Positions 8,138 to 17,764 of a DNA stretch of 64,000 nucleotides are shown here, piece after piece. Within the stretch, counting starts at the first letter, position 1, and each line of letters opens with the position of its first letter. The DNA is from Patescibacteria group bacterium (GTDB taxonomy: Bacteria > Patescibacteriota > Minisyncoccia > Phycocordibacterales > UBA9973). The stretch spans positions 6,673 through 70,672 of the forward strand of contig JAGWLB010000001.1 of the NCBI GenBank assembly GCA_028865035.1. The letters run 5' to 3'. Below the pieces are notes generated by a model. The model made no database searches and was not told the origin of the DNA. It saw only the letters and a list, made by a program, of their open reading frames with translations. The translations under genes and the position numbers were made by a program.

Positions 8138-9661
8138 ATGGCAAAAATGCCAATAGATAACTCAAAAATACCATCGTATGTTACACATGTAACAAATATA
8201 CTAGAAGCTTCAGGTTTCGAGTCATTTCTAGTTGGCGGATGTGTCCGTGATCTAATTATAGATAGAGAGCCAAAAGATTGGGATATCACCACAAATGCCA
8301 AACCAGAAGAACTAATGAAAATGTTTGAAAAGACTATATATGAGAACAATTACGGAACAGTAGCAGTTTGTATACCTATAGACAATAAAGTTACACATGA
8401 AACAACAGATTTAAATGTTACACAAGAAACACCAAAATATAACATTATAGAAGTAACTCCATATAGAATTGAAGCAAAATATAGCGATTTTAGACACCCA
8501 GACGCAGTTAAATTCAGCAACAATATAGAAGATGATCTTAAAAGACGTGATTTTACTATAAATGCTTTAGCTTATAATCAGAATAAAGGACAAATAATTG
8601 ATCTGTATAAAGGACAAGAAGATATAAAGGACAAAGTTATAAGAGCCGTGGGTGATCCATCAGATAGGTTTAATGAAGATGCTCTAAGAATGCTCCGAGC
8701 TGTTAGATTTTCCTCAGAATTAAATTTTGCGATTTCATATGACACGATGGAAGCAATTGTGGATAACTCTAAACTTTTGCAAAATATTTCATCAGAAAGA
8801 ATTCGTGATGAATTTACAAAAATCATTGAAAGCAAAAACCCGACCCAAGGTATTGTTCTACTTCAAAAATTAGGATTATTAAAATATATAATTCCGGAAT
8901 TAGAAGAGGGAATTGGTTGCGAGCAAGGTGGTGCACATATTTATGATGTGTTTACACACCTACTTGGAGCATTAGGCCATGCCGCAGAAAAAGGATACTC
9001 GACTGAGATACGACTTGCTGCATTGTTCCATGATATCGGTAAACCAAGAAGCAGAAGAACAGGCACAAAAAAAGAATACACATTTTATGGACACGAAGTT
9101 ATAGGTGCACGTATGGCACACATAATTATGGAAAGACTAAAGTATCCCAAAAAAACAATCGACTTAGTAGTATCGTTAGTGCGTAACCATATGTTTTTCT
9201 CCGACACTGAACAGATATCATTATCTGCTGTTCGTAGAATTGTTCAGAAAGTTGGCAAAGATCATATCTGGGAATTAATGGAAATACGAGAATGTGATCG
9301 TGTGGGTATGAAAAAACTAGAAGCTCCATATCGTCTGCGTAAATACCACGCTATGATAGACGAAGTTCTTCGTGACCCACTTTCTGTTGGTCAACTTGCT
9401 ATTGATGGGGAAGTACTAATAAAAGAGTTGGGAATGAAACCATCACGCAGAATGGGTTGGATTCTTCATGCACTACTGGAAGAAGTATTGGATGACCCTA
9501 AAAAAAATACTGTGGAATATTTAAAAGGTGAAGCACTCGTGCTCGATAAATATGAAGATAATAAACTTAGAGAACTTGGTGAAAAAGCAAAAGACTTAAA
9601 AGAAAAGTTAGAAAAAGAAGAAATCGCTAAAGTCCACGCCAAGCATAATGTGAAAAAATAA
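8138..9661 (+). CDS. cca: CCA tRNA nucleotidyltransferase (class II, with HD domain)
   Basis: VGGCVRD, DWDITT, DLKRRDFTINA, EDALRMLRAVRF, FHDIGKP; start set to ATG 8138 because the ORF-track start lies inside tRNA-Gly. Confidence 0.92.
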   Translation: MAKMPIDNSKIPSYVTHVTNILEASGFESFLVGGCVRDLIIDREPKDWDITTNAKPEELMKMFEKTIYENNYGTVAVCIPIDNKVTHETTDLNVTQETPKYNIIEVTPYRIEAKYSDFRHPDAVKFSNNIEDDLKRRDFTINALAYNQNKGQIIDLYKGQEDIKDKVIRAVGDPSDRFNEDALRMLRAVRFSSELNFAISYDTMEAIVDNSKLLQNISSERIRDEFTKIIESKNPTQGIVLLQKLGLLKYIIPELEEGIGCEQGGAHIYDVFTHLLGALGHAAEKGYSTEIRLAALFHDIGKPRSRRTGTKKEYTFYGHEVIGARMAHIIMERLKYPKKTIDLVVSLVRNHMFFSDTEQISLSAVRRIVQKVGKDHIWELMEIRECDRVGMKKLEAPYRLRKYHAMIDEVLRDPLSVGQLAIDGEVLIKELGMKPSRRMGWILHALLEEVLDDPKKNTVEYLKGEALVLDKYEDNKLRELGEKAKDLKEKLEKEEIAKVHAKHNVKK

Positions 9662-9694
9662 AAAGAAGAAATTAAATTTAATCTCTTCTTTTTT
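9661..9694 (+). terminator. Intrinsic terminator after cca
   Basis: aaaagaaga / tcttctttt stem followed by a T-run. Confidence 0.55.
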
Positions 9695-9853
9695 CTGATT
9701 TTGTAAAAATTACTACGTACAGTATGTATAACCAGATTGCAGCACCAAAGATAATACATACTACTCCGAATAAATGATTACTCATACTATTTAGTTTAAA
9801 AATGAAAATACTAGATTGATATATATAATATCATAAATATGTTTTGTGTAATA

Positions 9854-9897
9854 TGAAATAAAATTATCCTAATATATATTAGGATAATTTTATTTCA
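9854..9897. repeat. Perfect 44-bp palindrome overlapping the xth stop codon (probable terminator)
   Basis: tgaaataaaattatcctaatat|atattaggataattttatttca. Confidence 0.85.
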
Positions 9898-10652
9898 AGA
9901 AGTATTGGACAATGATCTGAACCACTGTAATCTGAAAGTACAGTGCTTTTTTTTAAATTTTTTACAAGGCTAGGAGAAACAAAAAAGTAATCTATTCGCC
10001 AACCGACATTCCTATCTCTGGCACGCGTCTTTTGATCCCAATATGTGTAGACATCTTTTTTTGTCGGATAGAAATGACGGAAAGTATCCACATAACCGTG
10101 AGCTATGACTTCGTCTAACCACTCTCGTTCTACTGGTAAAAAACCAGTGTTTTCTGAGTTCTCTTTTGGTCTCGCTAAATCTATTTCTTCGTGAGCTGTG
10201 TTTACATCGCCACAGAAAATAATTTTATATTTATTTTTACGAAGCTTTTCAATAAATTTTAAAAAAGCATCATAGAAATCTAATTTGTATTTTAGTCTCT
10301 CTGGCCCTCCACCACCATTAGGGAAGTAACAATTTATTAATACAAAATCTTTATAGTAAGCAACAAGTGTTCGACCCTCATCATCAAATTTAGTTATTCC
10401 TAAGCCAGTGACTTTTTTTGGTTTTATTTTTGAATATATTGCAACACCACTATAACCTTTTTTATTTTTTGAATGAGAAAAATAAGAATTATATCCTTTT
10501 AGATTTCTGGTATTTTCATCAAGTTGATCTGGTTCACATTTAGTTTCTTGAAGACACACAATATCCGGATTGTTAAAAGCAAACAAAGGAATAAAATTCC
10601 CTTGTTTGACTGTTGCCCGAAGACCATTTGTATTCCAAGAAATAATTTTCAT
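9879..10652 (-). CDS. xth: Exodeoxyribonuclease III / AP endonuclease
   Basis: SWNTNG, LQETK, GYSGVA, GDVNTAH, GWRIDYF, SDHCP motifs. Confidence 0.96.
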   Translation of the reverse strand: MKIISWNTNGLRATVKQGNFIPLFAFNNPDIVCLQETKCEPDQLDENTRNLKGYNSYFSHSKNKKGYSGVAIYSKIKPKKVTGLGITKFDDEGRTLVAYYKDFVLINCYFPNGGGGPERLKYKLDFYDAFLKFIEKLRKNKYKIIFCGDVNTAHEEIDLARPKENSENTGFLPVEREWLDEVIAHGYVDTFRHFYPTKKDVYTYWDQKTRARDRNVGWRIDYFFVSPSLVKNLKKSTVLSDYSGSDHCPILLEIKLS

Positions 10653-10666
10653 AAAATAATTATATA

Positions 10667-11584
10667 TTACTTTCCTTTACTGTGAAACTTTTTATGGACA
10701 TCGTGAAGTTGCTTATCAGTAACGTGAGTGTATATCTGTGTTGTTGCAATATTTGCATGTCCAAGCATCACCTGTACCGAACGTATGTCAGCTCCATTTG
10801 ATAGTAAATCAGTTGCGAATGAATGGCGAATAACGTGTGGTGTAACTTTTTTTGATATACCTGCCTTAATCGCATAATATTTTACAATTCTTTCTATTGA
10901 GCGTGGTGTTAGTCGGTTATTTTTAGAACCGTTACTAGAATATTGTATGAATAACGGTTCATCTAAATCTTTTCTTTCTTTTAAATATTTATGAATAACA
11001 TCTTTGGCTCGATCTGAAAGAAAAACTACTCTTACTTTTTCTCCTTTACCTCTTATTGAAAATTCATTTTTAGAAAGATCAATATCCCTATCTATAGAAC
11101 AAAGTTCTGACAGACGTAAACCAGTTGAGAAAAATAATTCTAATACAGCTTTATCACGTAGACCCTTCTTGGTGTTTACATCCGGTGCTTCAAGTAGTCT
11201 ATAAAGTTCTTCGGGTGATATAAGATCGATGGTACGCTCTTTGATCTTTGCGAGCTCTATACGATCTGGTGGTAAAGATTTGACTTCCCGTTTCATTAAA
11301 TATTTTAAGAATGAACGAAGAGCAATAAGATGATAATTCTGTGTATTTTTTTTAAGAGTGCCAACTTGTTGTCCGCGAATTTTTATGCCTGGTTGACGAT
11401 TTAAAAATAAACGGAATTCTCGAATTTTATCGTCTGTTATTTCTTTTGGTTCTGAAATTTTGGCAAACTCAAAAAAACGAGATAGGTAGTAATCATAGTT
11501 ACTGACTGTTTTTAAACTGTTGCCTTTTTCAATCTCAACATGTTCAAGAAATTCTCTTTTTAATTGATCAAGTTTAGTGGTCAT
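10667..11584 (-). CDS. XerC/XerD-type tyrosine recombinase
   Basis: N-terminal SAM-like domain, STGLRLSEL, GKGEKVR, TPHVIRHSFAT, LGHANIATTQIYTH; ATG 11584 or 11608. Confidence 0.92.
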   Translation of the reverse strand: MTTKLDQLKREFLEHVEIEKGNSLKTVSNYDYYLSRFFEFAKISEPKEITDDKIREFRLFLNRQPGIKIRGQQVGTLKKNTQNYHLIALRSFLKYLMKREVKSLPPDRIELAKIKERTIDLISPEELYRLLEAPDVNTKKGLRDKAVLELFFSTGLRLSELCSIDRDIDLSKNEFSIRGKGEKVRVVFLSDRAKDVIHKYLKERKDLDEPLFIQYSSNGSKNNRLTPRSIERIVKYYAIKAGISKKVTPHVIRHSFATDLLSNGADIRSVQVMLGHANIATTQIYTHVTDKQLHDVHKKFHSKGK

Positions 11585-11682
11585 AATGTCGTACAATAAT
11601 TGTATCATACAAATACAGTCTTTAATTCGAGCTAGGTGTTATACTTGCATTTTTTTACAATATGTGCTAGTATACATAAGCA

Positions 11683-11946
11683 ATGTTAACAACGAAAAAA
11701 AAGCAAAATATTATAAAGAAAAACCAGCTTCACGATAAAGACACTGGTAGTCCTGAAGTTCAGATTGCAATCTTAAGTAAAAGAATTGATGAACTCGCGA
11801 GTCACTTAAAAGAACACAAAAAAGATAATCACTCTCGTAGAGGACTTATCAAAATGGTGGCAGATCGAAGAAGTCACTTAAAACACCTTGAGAAGACAGA
11901 TAAAGAAAGGTTCATGACTCAAACAAAAATACTAAAAGAAGCATAG
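11683..11946 (+). CDS. rpsO: 30S ribosomal protein S15
   Basis: [10 protein letters not shown]...[11 protein letters not shown]; upstream of pnp as in many bacteria. Confidence 0.97.
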   Translation: MLTTKKKQNIIKKNQLHDKDTGSPEVQIAILSKRIDELASHLKEHKKDNHSRRGLIKMVADRRSHLKHLEKTDKERFMTQTKILKEA

Positions 11947-11980
11947 TAAAATGTCCCGATATATATCGGGACATTTTACT
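11945..11980. terminator. Perfect 36-bp palindrome, probable rpsO terminator
   Basis: agtaaaatgtcccgatat|atatcgggacattttact. Confidence 0.75.
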
Positions 11981-12025
11981 TCAGTAGTCAAAAATTATAA
12001 AAGTAGTACTATATAAAGATAGAGT

Positions 12026-12529
12026 ATGATAATAAAACACAAAGAACAAAGAGTTGGAGTATTTATAGATACTTCAAATTTATACCACAGCGCTAAAAAT
12101 TTATATAAACGAAAAGTTAATTTTGGTGCTGTATTAAAGGATGCTGTTGCAGGAAGAAAACTTGTAAGAGCTATAGCATATGTTATCACCAGTGAAGGAG
12201 GTGAAGAGAAAAACTTTTTTGATGCATTAACCAAACTTGGAATTGAAACCAAGACAAAAGAATTACAAATTTTCTCTGGTGGTTCAAAGAAAGGCGATTG
12301 GGATGTTGGTATAGCAGTCGATGCTATGAAGATGGCTCCGAAACTAGATGCAATAGTTTTAGTTGCAGGTGATGGAGATTTTGTACCACTTGTAGAATAT
12401 TTGCAAAGTACTTCTGGTATACAAGTTGAAGTTGTATCATTTGGTAAATCGTCTTCGATTAAACTTAAAGAAGCTGCCGATGATTTCCTTGATCTATCAG
12501 AAAATCCCAGAAAATATCTAATCTACTAA
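12026..12529 (+). CDS. NYN-domain (LabA/DUF88, PIN-like) protein
   Basis: VFIDTSNLY, KGDWDVGIAVD, GDGDFVPLV, ADDF motifs. Confidence 0.9.
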   Translation: MIIKHKEQRVGVFIDTSNLYHSAKNLYKRKVNFGAVLKDAVAGRKLVRAIAYVITSEGGEEKNFFDALTKLGIETKTKELQIFSGGSKKGDWDVGIAVDAMKMAPKLDAIVLVAGDGDFVPLVEYLQSTSGIQVEVVSFGKSSSIKLKEAADDFLDLSENPRKYLIY

Positions 12530-12550
12530 ATAGCAAATTTAAATAAATTA

Positions 12551-12588
12551 AACAAAAATATCTATTTGTCAAAATAGATATTTTTGTT
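12551..12588 (+). terminator. 17-bp stem hairpin, probable terminator
   Basis: aacaaaaatatctattt-gtca-aaatagatatttttgtt. Confidence 0.65.
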
Positions 12589-12618
12589 ATAGTTATATTA
12601 TTAATAGATAACAATCAG

Positions 12619-12676
12619 TTATTCTCCAGACAGTTAGAATTGAAACAGCGTTTCAAGCCTAGAGTCTGTAGAATAG
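12619..12676 (+). promoter_or_regulatory. Structured pnp 5' leader (long stem-loop)
   Basis: ttattctccagac pairs with gtctgtagaatag; inner hairpin ttgaaac-agc-gtttcaa. Confidence 0.55.
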
Positions 12677-12687
12677 CTCATATATAT

Positions 12688-14823
12688 ATGCATAGTAAAA
12701 AATACGAAGTTGAAATTGGTGGTAAAAAAATTACCGCTATTTTCAGTGATTTAGCTGATCAAGCGAACGGCTCAGTTATTCTCGAATGCGATGGTACTGT
12801 TATAATGGCTACCGCCGTTATATCAAAAGATGGTGATAAAAATCCTGGATTTTTTAATTTAACAGTTGAATATTTAGAGAAATTTTACGCCGCTGGAAAA
12901 ATTCTTGGTAGCCAATTCTCACACAGAGAAGGGAGGCCATCTGATCAAGCAATACTTGCTGCACGTATGACAGATCGGACTATTCGTCCACTTTTCGATC
13001 ATCATATTAAAAATGCAGTTCAGGTTATTGTGACAGTTATTGCGATAGGTAAGGCTGACCCTAAAACTCTTGCCGTAAACGCAGCTTCAATAGCACTTCA
13101 TATATCAGATATACCATGGAAAGGACCAGTCGGAGCTGTTCATATAAGTAAAGAGAAGGATTCTGAAAATGAAAAAAATGATATTAAAATAAATAATTAT
13201 ATTCCAAACGCCGATGAACCTGTCTACTCTCTTGATCTACTCGTGTGTGGTAAAGATCAAACGATAAATATGATTGAAGCAATGGCTTTCGAAGAAGAAG
13301 AATCTGAGATGGGTAAATGTTTTGATCTAGCCATTGTTGAGATTACCAAATGGGAAGATTTTCAAAACAAACTACGAAGTGAACTTGGTAAAGAAAAACT
13401 TTCATTCCCCAAGATTGAAACACCTGCTGATGTCATAGAATTATTTAACGAAAGAGTTAAGCCTATGCTAGAAGAAGGATTATTCAGTAAAGATAGCAAG
13501 AAGATAATAAATGAATCTGAAACTATTTGGAAAAGTATCATAGATGAGAAATATCCTACTTATGATGATAAAGATAAGTATGTAGCACACGATTATATGC
13601 ATCATTACTTAGATCATGCTTTTCATAACGCTGCTTTAACAAAAAATATGAGAGCGGATGGACGAGCCTTGGATGAAATACGTTCATTATACGCTCAAGC
13701 TGGTGGATTATCTTCAACCCTACACGGTTCTGGTATATTTTACAGAGGAGAGACTCACGTATTATCAGTGTTAACCTTAGCTGGACCTGAAAGTATGCAT
13801 ACAATTGACGGCATAGAATTCTCAGCAAAAAAAAGGTTTATGCACCATTATAATTTTCCTCCATATTCAAGTGGCGAAACTGGTCGCGTCGGTGGTCTTA
13901 ACAGGAGAGAAATGGGTCATGGATTTTTGGCCGAAAAAGCACTTACTCCAGTTATTCCAGATAAGATAGATTTTCCATATACAATAAGAGTTGTCTCAGA
14001 ATCAGTGGCATCGAACGGCTCAACCTCGCAAGCTTCGATATGTGCCTCAACAATAGCATTAATGGATGGAGGTGTACCTATAAAAACTCCTGTAGCTGGT
14101 ATATCTATTGGAGCTATGATTGACTTAGAAGATAAAAGTAAGTACGTCCTCCTATCTGATATTCAAGGCCCAGAAGATCACTATGGTGATATGGATTTTA
14201 AAGTTGCTGGTACGAAAGATGGTATTACTGCAATACAACTTGATGTAAAAGTTGATGGTATAAAGGCAGATATTTTAAAAGAAGGGCTAATTCGTGCAAA
14301 AACTGCACGTTTAAAAATCATAGAAACAATTGAGAGCCAGATTGCTTCTCCTCGTAAAGAGATATCTGAAAATGCGCCCAAAATACTAGTAACTAAAATA
14401 AAAAAAGATCAGATAGGTATGGTTATCGGCCCTGGGGGGAAGAATATAAATGCAATTCGTGAAGAAACAGGAGCAGAGATAACAATAGAAGAAGATGGAA
14501 CTGTGTTTGTAACAGGTAGGAATGGTGGAGCAGAAAAGGCAAAAAAGATTATTGAGGAAATGACGCACGAATATGCAATAGGAGATATAGCAGAAGGTGA
14601 AGTTGTAAAACTTATGGATTTCGGAGCCTTTGTTAGAATTTCCAGTGGTACAGAAGGGCTTGTTCATATTTCTGAAATAGCACCATTCCGTGTAGAGAAA
14701 GTTTCTGATATCCTTAAAGAAGGAGATGAGGTTCCAGTAAAAATAATTAAGATAGATGAAAGAGGACGCCTAAATTTATCTATAAAAGATGCTAATAGTG
14801 AATTCTTCCAACCAAAGAAATAA
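12688..14823 (+). CDS. pnp: Polyribonucleotide nucleotidyltransferase (PNPase)
   Basis: Two RNase PH domains (DRTIRPLF; HYNFPPYS, SNGSTS, EDHYGDMDFK), KH (IGPGGK) and S1; start ATG 12688. Confidence 0.97.
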   Translation: MHSKKYEVEIGGKKITAIFSDLADQANGSVILECDGTVIMATAVISKDGDKNPGFFNLTVEYLEKFYAAGKILGSQFSHREGRPSDQAILAARMTDRTIRPLFDHHIKNAVQVIVTVIAIGKADPKTLAVNAASIALHISDIPWKGPVGAVHISKEKDSENEKNDIKINNYIPNADEPVYSLDLLVCGKDQTINMIEAMAFEEEESEMGKCFDLAIVEITKWEDFQNKLRSELGKEKLSFPKIETPADVIELFNERVKPMLEEGLFSKDSKKIINESETIWKSIIDEKYPTYDDKDKYVAHDYMHHYLDHAFHNAALTKNMRADGRALDEIRSLYAQAGGLSSTLHGSGIFYRGETHVLSVLTLAGPESMHTIDGIEFSAKKRFMHHYNFPPYSSGETGRVGGLNRREMGHGFLAEKALTPVIPDKIDFPYTIRVVSESVASNGSTSQASICASTIALMDGGVPIKTPVAGISIGAMIDLEDKSKYVLLSDIQGPEDHYGDMDFKVAGTKDGITAIQLDVKVDGIKADILKEGLIRAKTARLKIIETIESQIASPRKEISENAPKILVTKIKKDQIGMVIGPGGKNINAIREETGAEITIEEDGTVFVTGRNGGAEKAKKIIEEMTHEYAIGDIAEGEVVKLMDFGAFVRISSGTEGLVHISEIAPFRVEKVSDILKEGDEVPVKIIKIDERGRLNLSIKDANSEFFQPKK

Positions 14824-14840
14824 AAGTTTCTAGTAACAAA

Positions 14841-15764
14841 ATGGATGAAAATAAAAAACAATTTAATATTGATCGAGATAGCGATATAAAAAACATCCGC
14901 ACGTATACATCAGATATGGCTGAAGCTATTCGTGAAAACGAAACATCTGTAATTAAAATAGCTTTAGCTGAAAAAGACAGAAGAGAGAGGGAAGAAATGT
15001 ATAAAAAGGCGAGTGGTACAAAAGCTTCAAAGATATTATTATTGTTGGGAGGTATAGTGCTTATTATTGGAGCTATTGTAGGATCATATTTGTTGTATAA
15101 AAAGAACAAAGTAATTAACGCGCCACAAGTTATAAAAGTAGAGAATAAAGATATTATTTCTTATGATGATAAAGTTTTTGTGGATGTGATGGGTGATACT
15201 AATCAAAGTGATCTTTTCAGTTCAATAAAGAATGACATTGTCACACCTGGAAAACCAGGGTCTATTAAAGCTATATTCTTAACTCAAAAAGTTGGAGGTA
15301 TAGATCAAACGCTTTCAATTGATAACTTTATGTCACTAATGAATACCGAAGCTCCTGCACCACTTTTAAGAACATTAGATAAATCATATATGATTGGAAC
15401 TTATACTGATACAGACCAGTCGACATATAACACACCACTTAAAACTCATCTATTCCTAATATTGACGATTAAAGATTATAACCAAGCCTATGCTTCAATG
15501 CTAGAATGGGAAAAGACAATGCTAAATGATCTATTTATATTATTTAATATAGACATAAGTGGTAATCGTAGTAATCTTTTAGATAAGCAATGGAAAGATA
15601 TTATTGTAAATAATAAAAACGCTCGCATATTATATGACACATATGGTAACGATGTACTATATTATATGTTTACCAACACAAACAATATTATTATTACAGA
15701 TAGCCAAAGCACAATTAATGAGATAAATTCTAGGTTATTAAATAATAATACTAAGCCACTGTAA
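14841..15764 (+). CDS. Hypothetical single-pass membrane protein
   Basis: 307-aa ORF with one TM segment at about aa 64-85. Confidence 0.75.
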   Translation: MDENKKQFNIDRDSDIKNIRTYTSDMAEAIRENETSVIKIALAEKDRREREEMYKKASGTKASKILLLLGGIVLIIGAIVGSYLLYKKNKVINAPQVIKVENKDIISYDDKVFVDVMGDTNQSDLFSSIKNDIVTPGKPGSIKAIFLTQKVGGIDQTLSIDNFMSLMNTEAPAPLLRTLDKSYMIGTYTDTDQSTYNTPLKTHLFLILTIKDYNQAYASMLEWEKTMLNDLFILFNIDISGNRSNLLDKQWKDIIVNNKNARILYDTYGNDVLYYMFTNTNNIIITDSQSTINEINSRLLNNNTKPL

Positions 15765-15801
15765 TATTGCCATTTATTGCAATAATGCTAATATTGGAAG
15801 T

Positions 15802-16155
15802 ATGAATACAGAAATTTTTAAAACGAAATTAGAAGAAGAAAAAAAGCTTATTGAAGAAGAGCTTGGCGATATCGGGCGTATTGATACATCAACAGGTGAG
15901 TGGGAAGCAACTCCAGAATCACAATCTAGCCCAGAAGCTGATACAAACGATCTTTCTGATCGTACTGAAGATTATGAAGAGCGTTCAGCAACTATGTCCA
16001 CACTAAATAGTCGCCTTGAAGACGTTGACTTGGCTTTAGATAAAATTAAAAATGGTAATTATGGTATCTGTGAATCTTGCGGTAAAGAGATTGAAGAAGA
16101 ACGCCTTAAAGCAAACGCAAGTGCTAGAACATGCACTGAGTGTATGAATAAATAA
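15802..16155 (+). CDS. DksA/TraR C4 zinc-finger protein
   Basis: Coiled coil with DTND tip, YGICESCG...RL...RTCTEC. Confidence 0.9.
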   Translation: MNTEIFKTKLEEEKKLIEEELGDIGRIDTSTGEWEATPESQSSPEADTNDLSDRTEDYEERSATMSTLNSRLEDVDLALDKIKNGNYGICESCGKEIEEERLKANASARTCTECMNK

Positions 16156-16180
16156 AAATGTACAAATATAATTAAAATTT

Positions 16181-17761
16181 ATGTCATTTGCAAGAGTATA
16201 TTCTGCGCAAACACATTTACTAAAAGGTAAAATTGTAACTGTCGAAGTAGATATTACAAAAAACACCTTGCATGCATTTACCCTAGTTGGGCTACCAGAT
16301 AAAGCTGTCGATGAATCAAAAGATAGAATGAGCTCGGCGTTAAAAAATTCTGGATTTGCTTCTCCTAAAAACCAAAATCAAAAAATAGTTATTTCTTTAT
16401 CTCCAGCCGATTTAAAAAAGGAAGGTCCATATTTCGACTTGGCTATTGCCCTTGCTTATTTACTTTCAGCAGAAGAAATAGATTTTGATACAGAAGAAAG
16501 AATATTCCTTGGAGAATTATCTCTTAACGGCGACCTACAACCAATCAAAGGAGCTTTACCCCTTGCAGAAATTGCTAAACTCTCAGGTTATAAAGAAATA
16601 TTTTTGCCTGAACAAAATGCAAAAGAAGCAGCTTTAGTAGATGGTATTACTGTTTACGGAGCGCGTACACTAAAAGAAGTTATTGATCATATAAGAAAAA
16701 TAAAGAAAGATAAAAACGGTAAATCTCTTGAAGAAGAGAAGCCAAAAATTAAAGCAACTCCGAAAACTATAATTATTAATAGTGTTAAAGAACATCTAAC
16801 AGATTTCTCGGATATTCGTGGCCAAGAAGGAGCAAAAAGAGGAATAGAAATAGCTGCCGCTGGTGGGCACAATATTGCAATGTCTGGACCACCTGGCACT
16901 GGTAAAACAATGCTCGCACGTGTTTTCTCTCATATACTCCCAGATTTAAAAACAGAAGAAGTTTTAGAAATTACAGGCATACATTCTGTCGTCGGATTGC
17001 TAGAAAATGAATTAGTTACGCTGCCACCATTCCGTGCACCACACCATACAGCCAGTTATGTTTCGATGATTGGTGGTGGAGCAAATCCGAAACCTGGTGA
17101 AGTTACTCTTGCACATAGAGGAGTATTATTCTTGGACGAATTTCCAGAATTTGAAAAAAGGGTACTCGAATCACTCCGTCAACCACTTGAGGATAATGTT
17201 GTTTCCATTTCACGAGCTCGTGGTTCAGCTATATTCCCATCAAACTTTATCCTTGTGGCAGCAATGAATCCTTGCCCTTGTGGCAACAAGGGGAGCAAGC
17301 AAAAACAATGTATCTGTAAGCCTAGCGATCTTGATAGGTACGCTAGGAAATTATCTGGTCCAATTATGGATCGTATAGACATCTGGGTAACCGTTGGAGC
17401 AGTTGATTATGATAAACTTTCAAGCAATAACCAAAGTGGAGATAAAACAATCACCATAAAAGAACGAGTGGAAAGAGCTCGTAATATTCAAACAAAAAGA
17501 TTTGGATCAGCAAATACAAATAGATTGGCTAGAAAAATAAATACTAATAGCGAAATGAATGTGAAAGATTTAGCTATTTACGCTCCTCTAACAACAGAAA
17601 TAAAAGATTTATTAAACAAAAGCGCTGAAAGATTACAGCTTTCAGCACGTGCATATCATCGTATTATTAAACTAGCTCGTACTATAGCTGACTTGGAAGG
17701 AAGTGAATCTATATTATCTGCGCATATTCTTGAAGCACTTCAGTATAGACCTAGGAATTAA
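16181..17761 (+). CDS. comM: ComM/YifB Mg-chelatase-like AAA+ ATPase
   Basis: VGLPD, LSPADLKKEG, GPPGTGKTM, PFRAPHH, FLDEFPEF, AMNPCPCG motifs. Confidence 0.94.
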   Translation: MSFARVYSAQTHLLKGKIVTVEVDITKNTLHAFTLVGLPDKAVDESKDRMSSALKNSGFASPKNQNQKIVISLSPADLKKEGPYFDLAIALAYLLSAEEIDFDTEERIFLGELSLNGDLQPIKGALPLAEIAKLSGYKEIFLPEQNAKEAALVDGITVYGARTLKEVIDHIRKIKKDKNGKSLEEEKPKIKATPKTIIINSVKEHLTDFSDIRGQEGAKRGIEIAAAGGHNIAMSGPPGTGKTMLARVFSHILPDLKTEEVLEITGIHSVVGLLENELVTLPPFRAPHHTASYVSMIGGGANPKPGEVTLAHRGVLFLDEFPEFEKRVLESLRQPLEDNVVSISRARGSAIFPSNFILVAAMNPCPCGNKGSKQKQCICKPSDLDRYARKLSGPIMDRIDIWVTVGAVDYDKLSSNNQSGDKTITIKERVERARNIQTKRFGSANTNRLARKINTNSEMNVKDLAIYAPLTTEIKDLLNKSAERLQLSARAYHRIIKLARTIADLEGSESILSAHILEALQYRPRN

Positions 17762-17764
17762 TTA

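Larger units (their letters stand above)
7343..8431. repeat. Cluster of six parS-like 16-bp sites
   Basis: 7343 TGTTTCGCATGAAACA; 7458 TGTTTCATGAGAAACT; 7537 AGTTTCACGTGAAACA; 8179 TGTTACACATGTAACA; 8389 AGTTACACATGAAACA; 8416 TGTTACACAAGAAACA; consensus is TGTTNCACGTGAAACA. Confidence 0.75.

Noticed and set aside
10667-11608. Tyrosine recombinase as a prophage or ICE integrase
   Set aside because: Length and motifs are Xer-type, neighbours are housekeeping genes, and no att repeat, tRNA duplication or phage gene was seen
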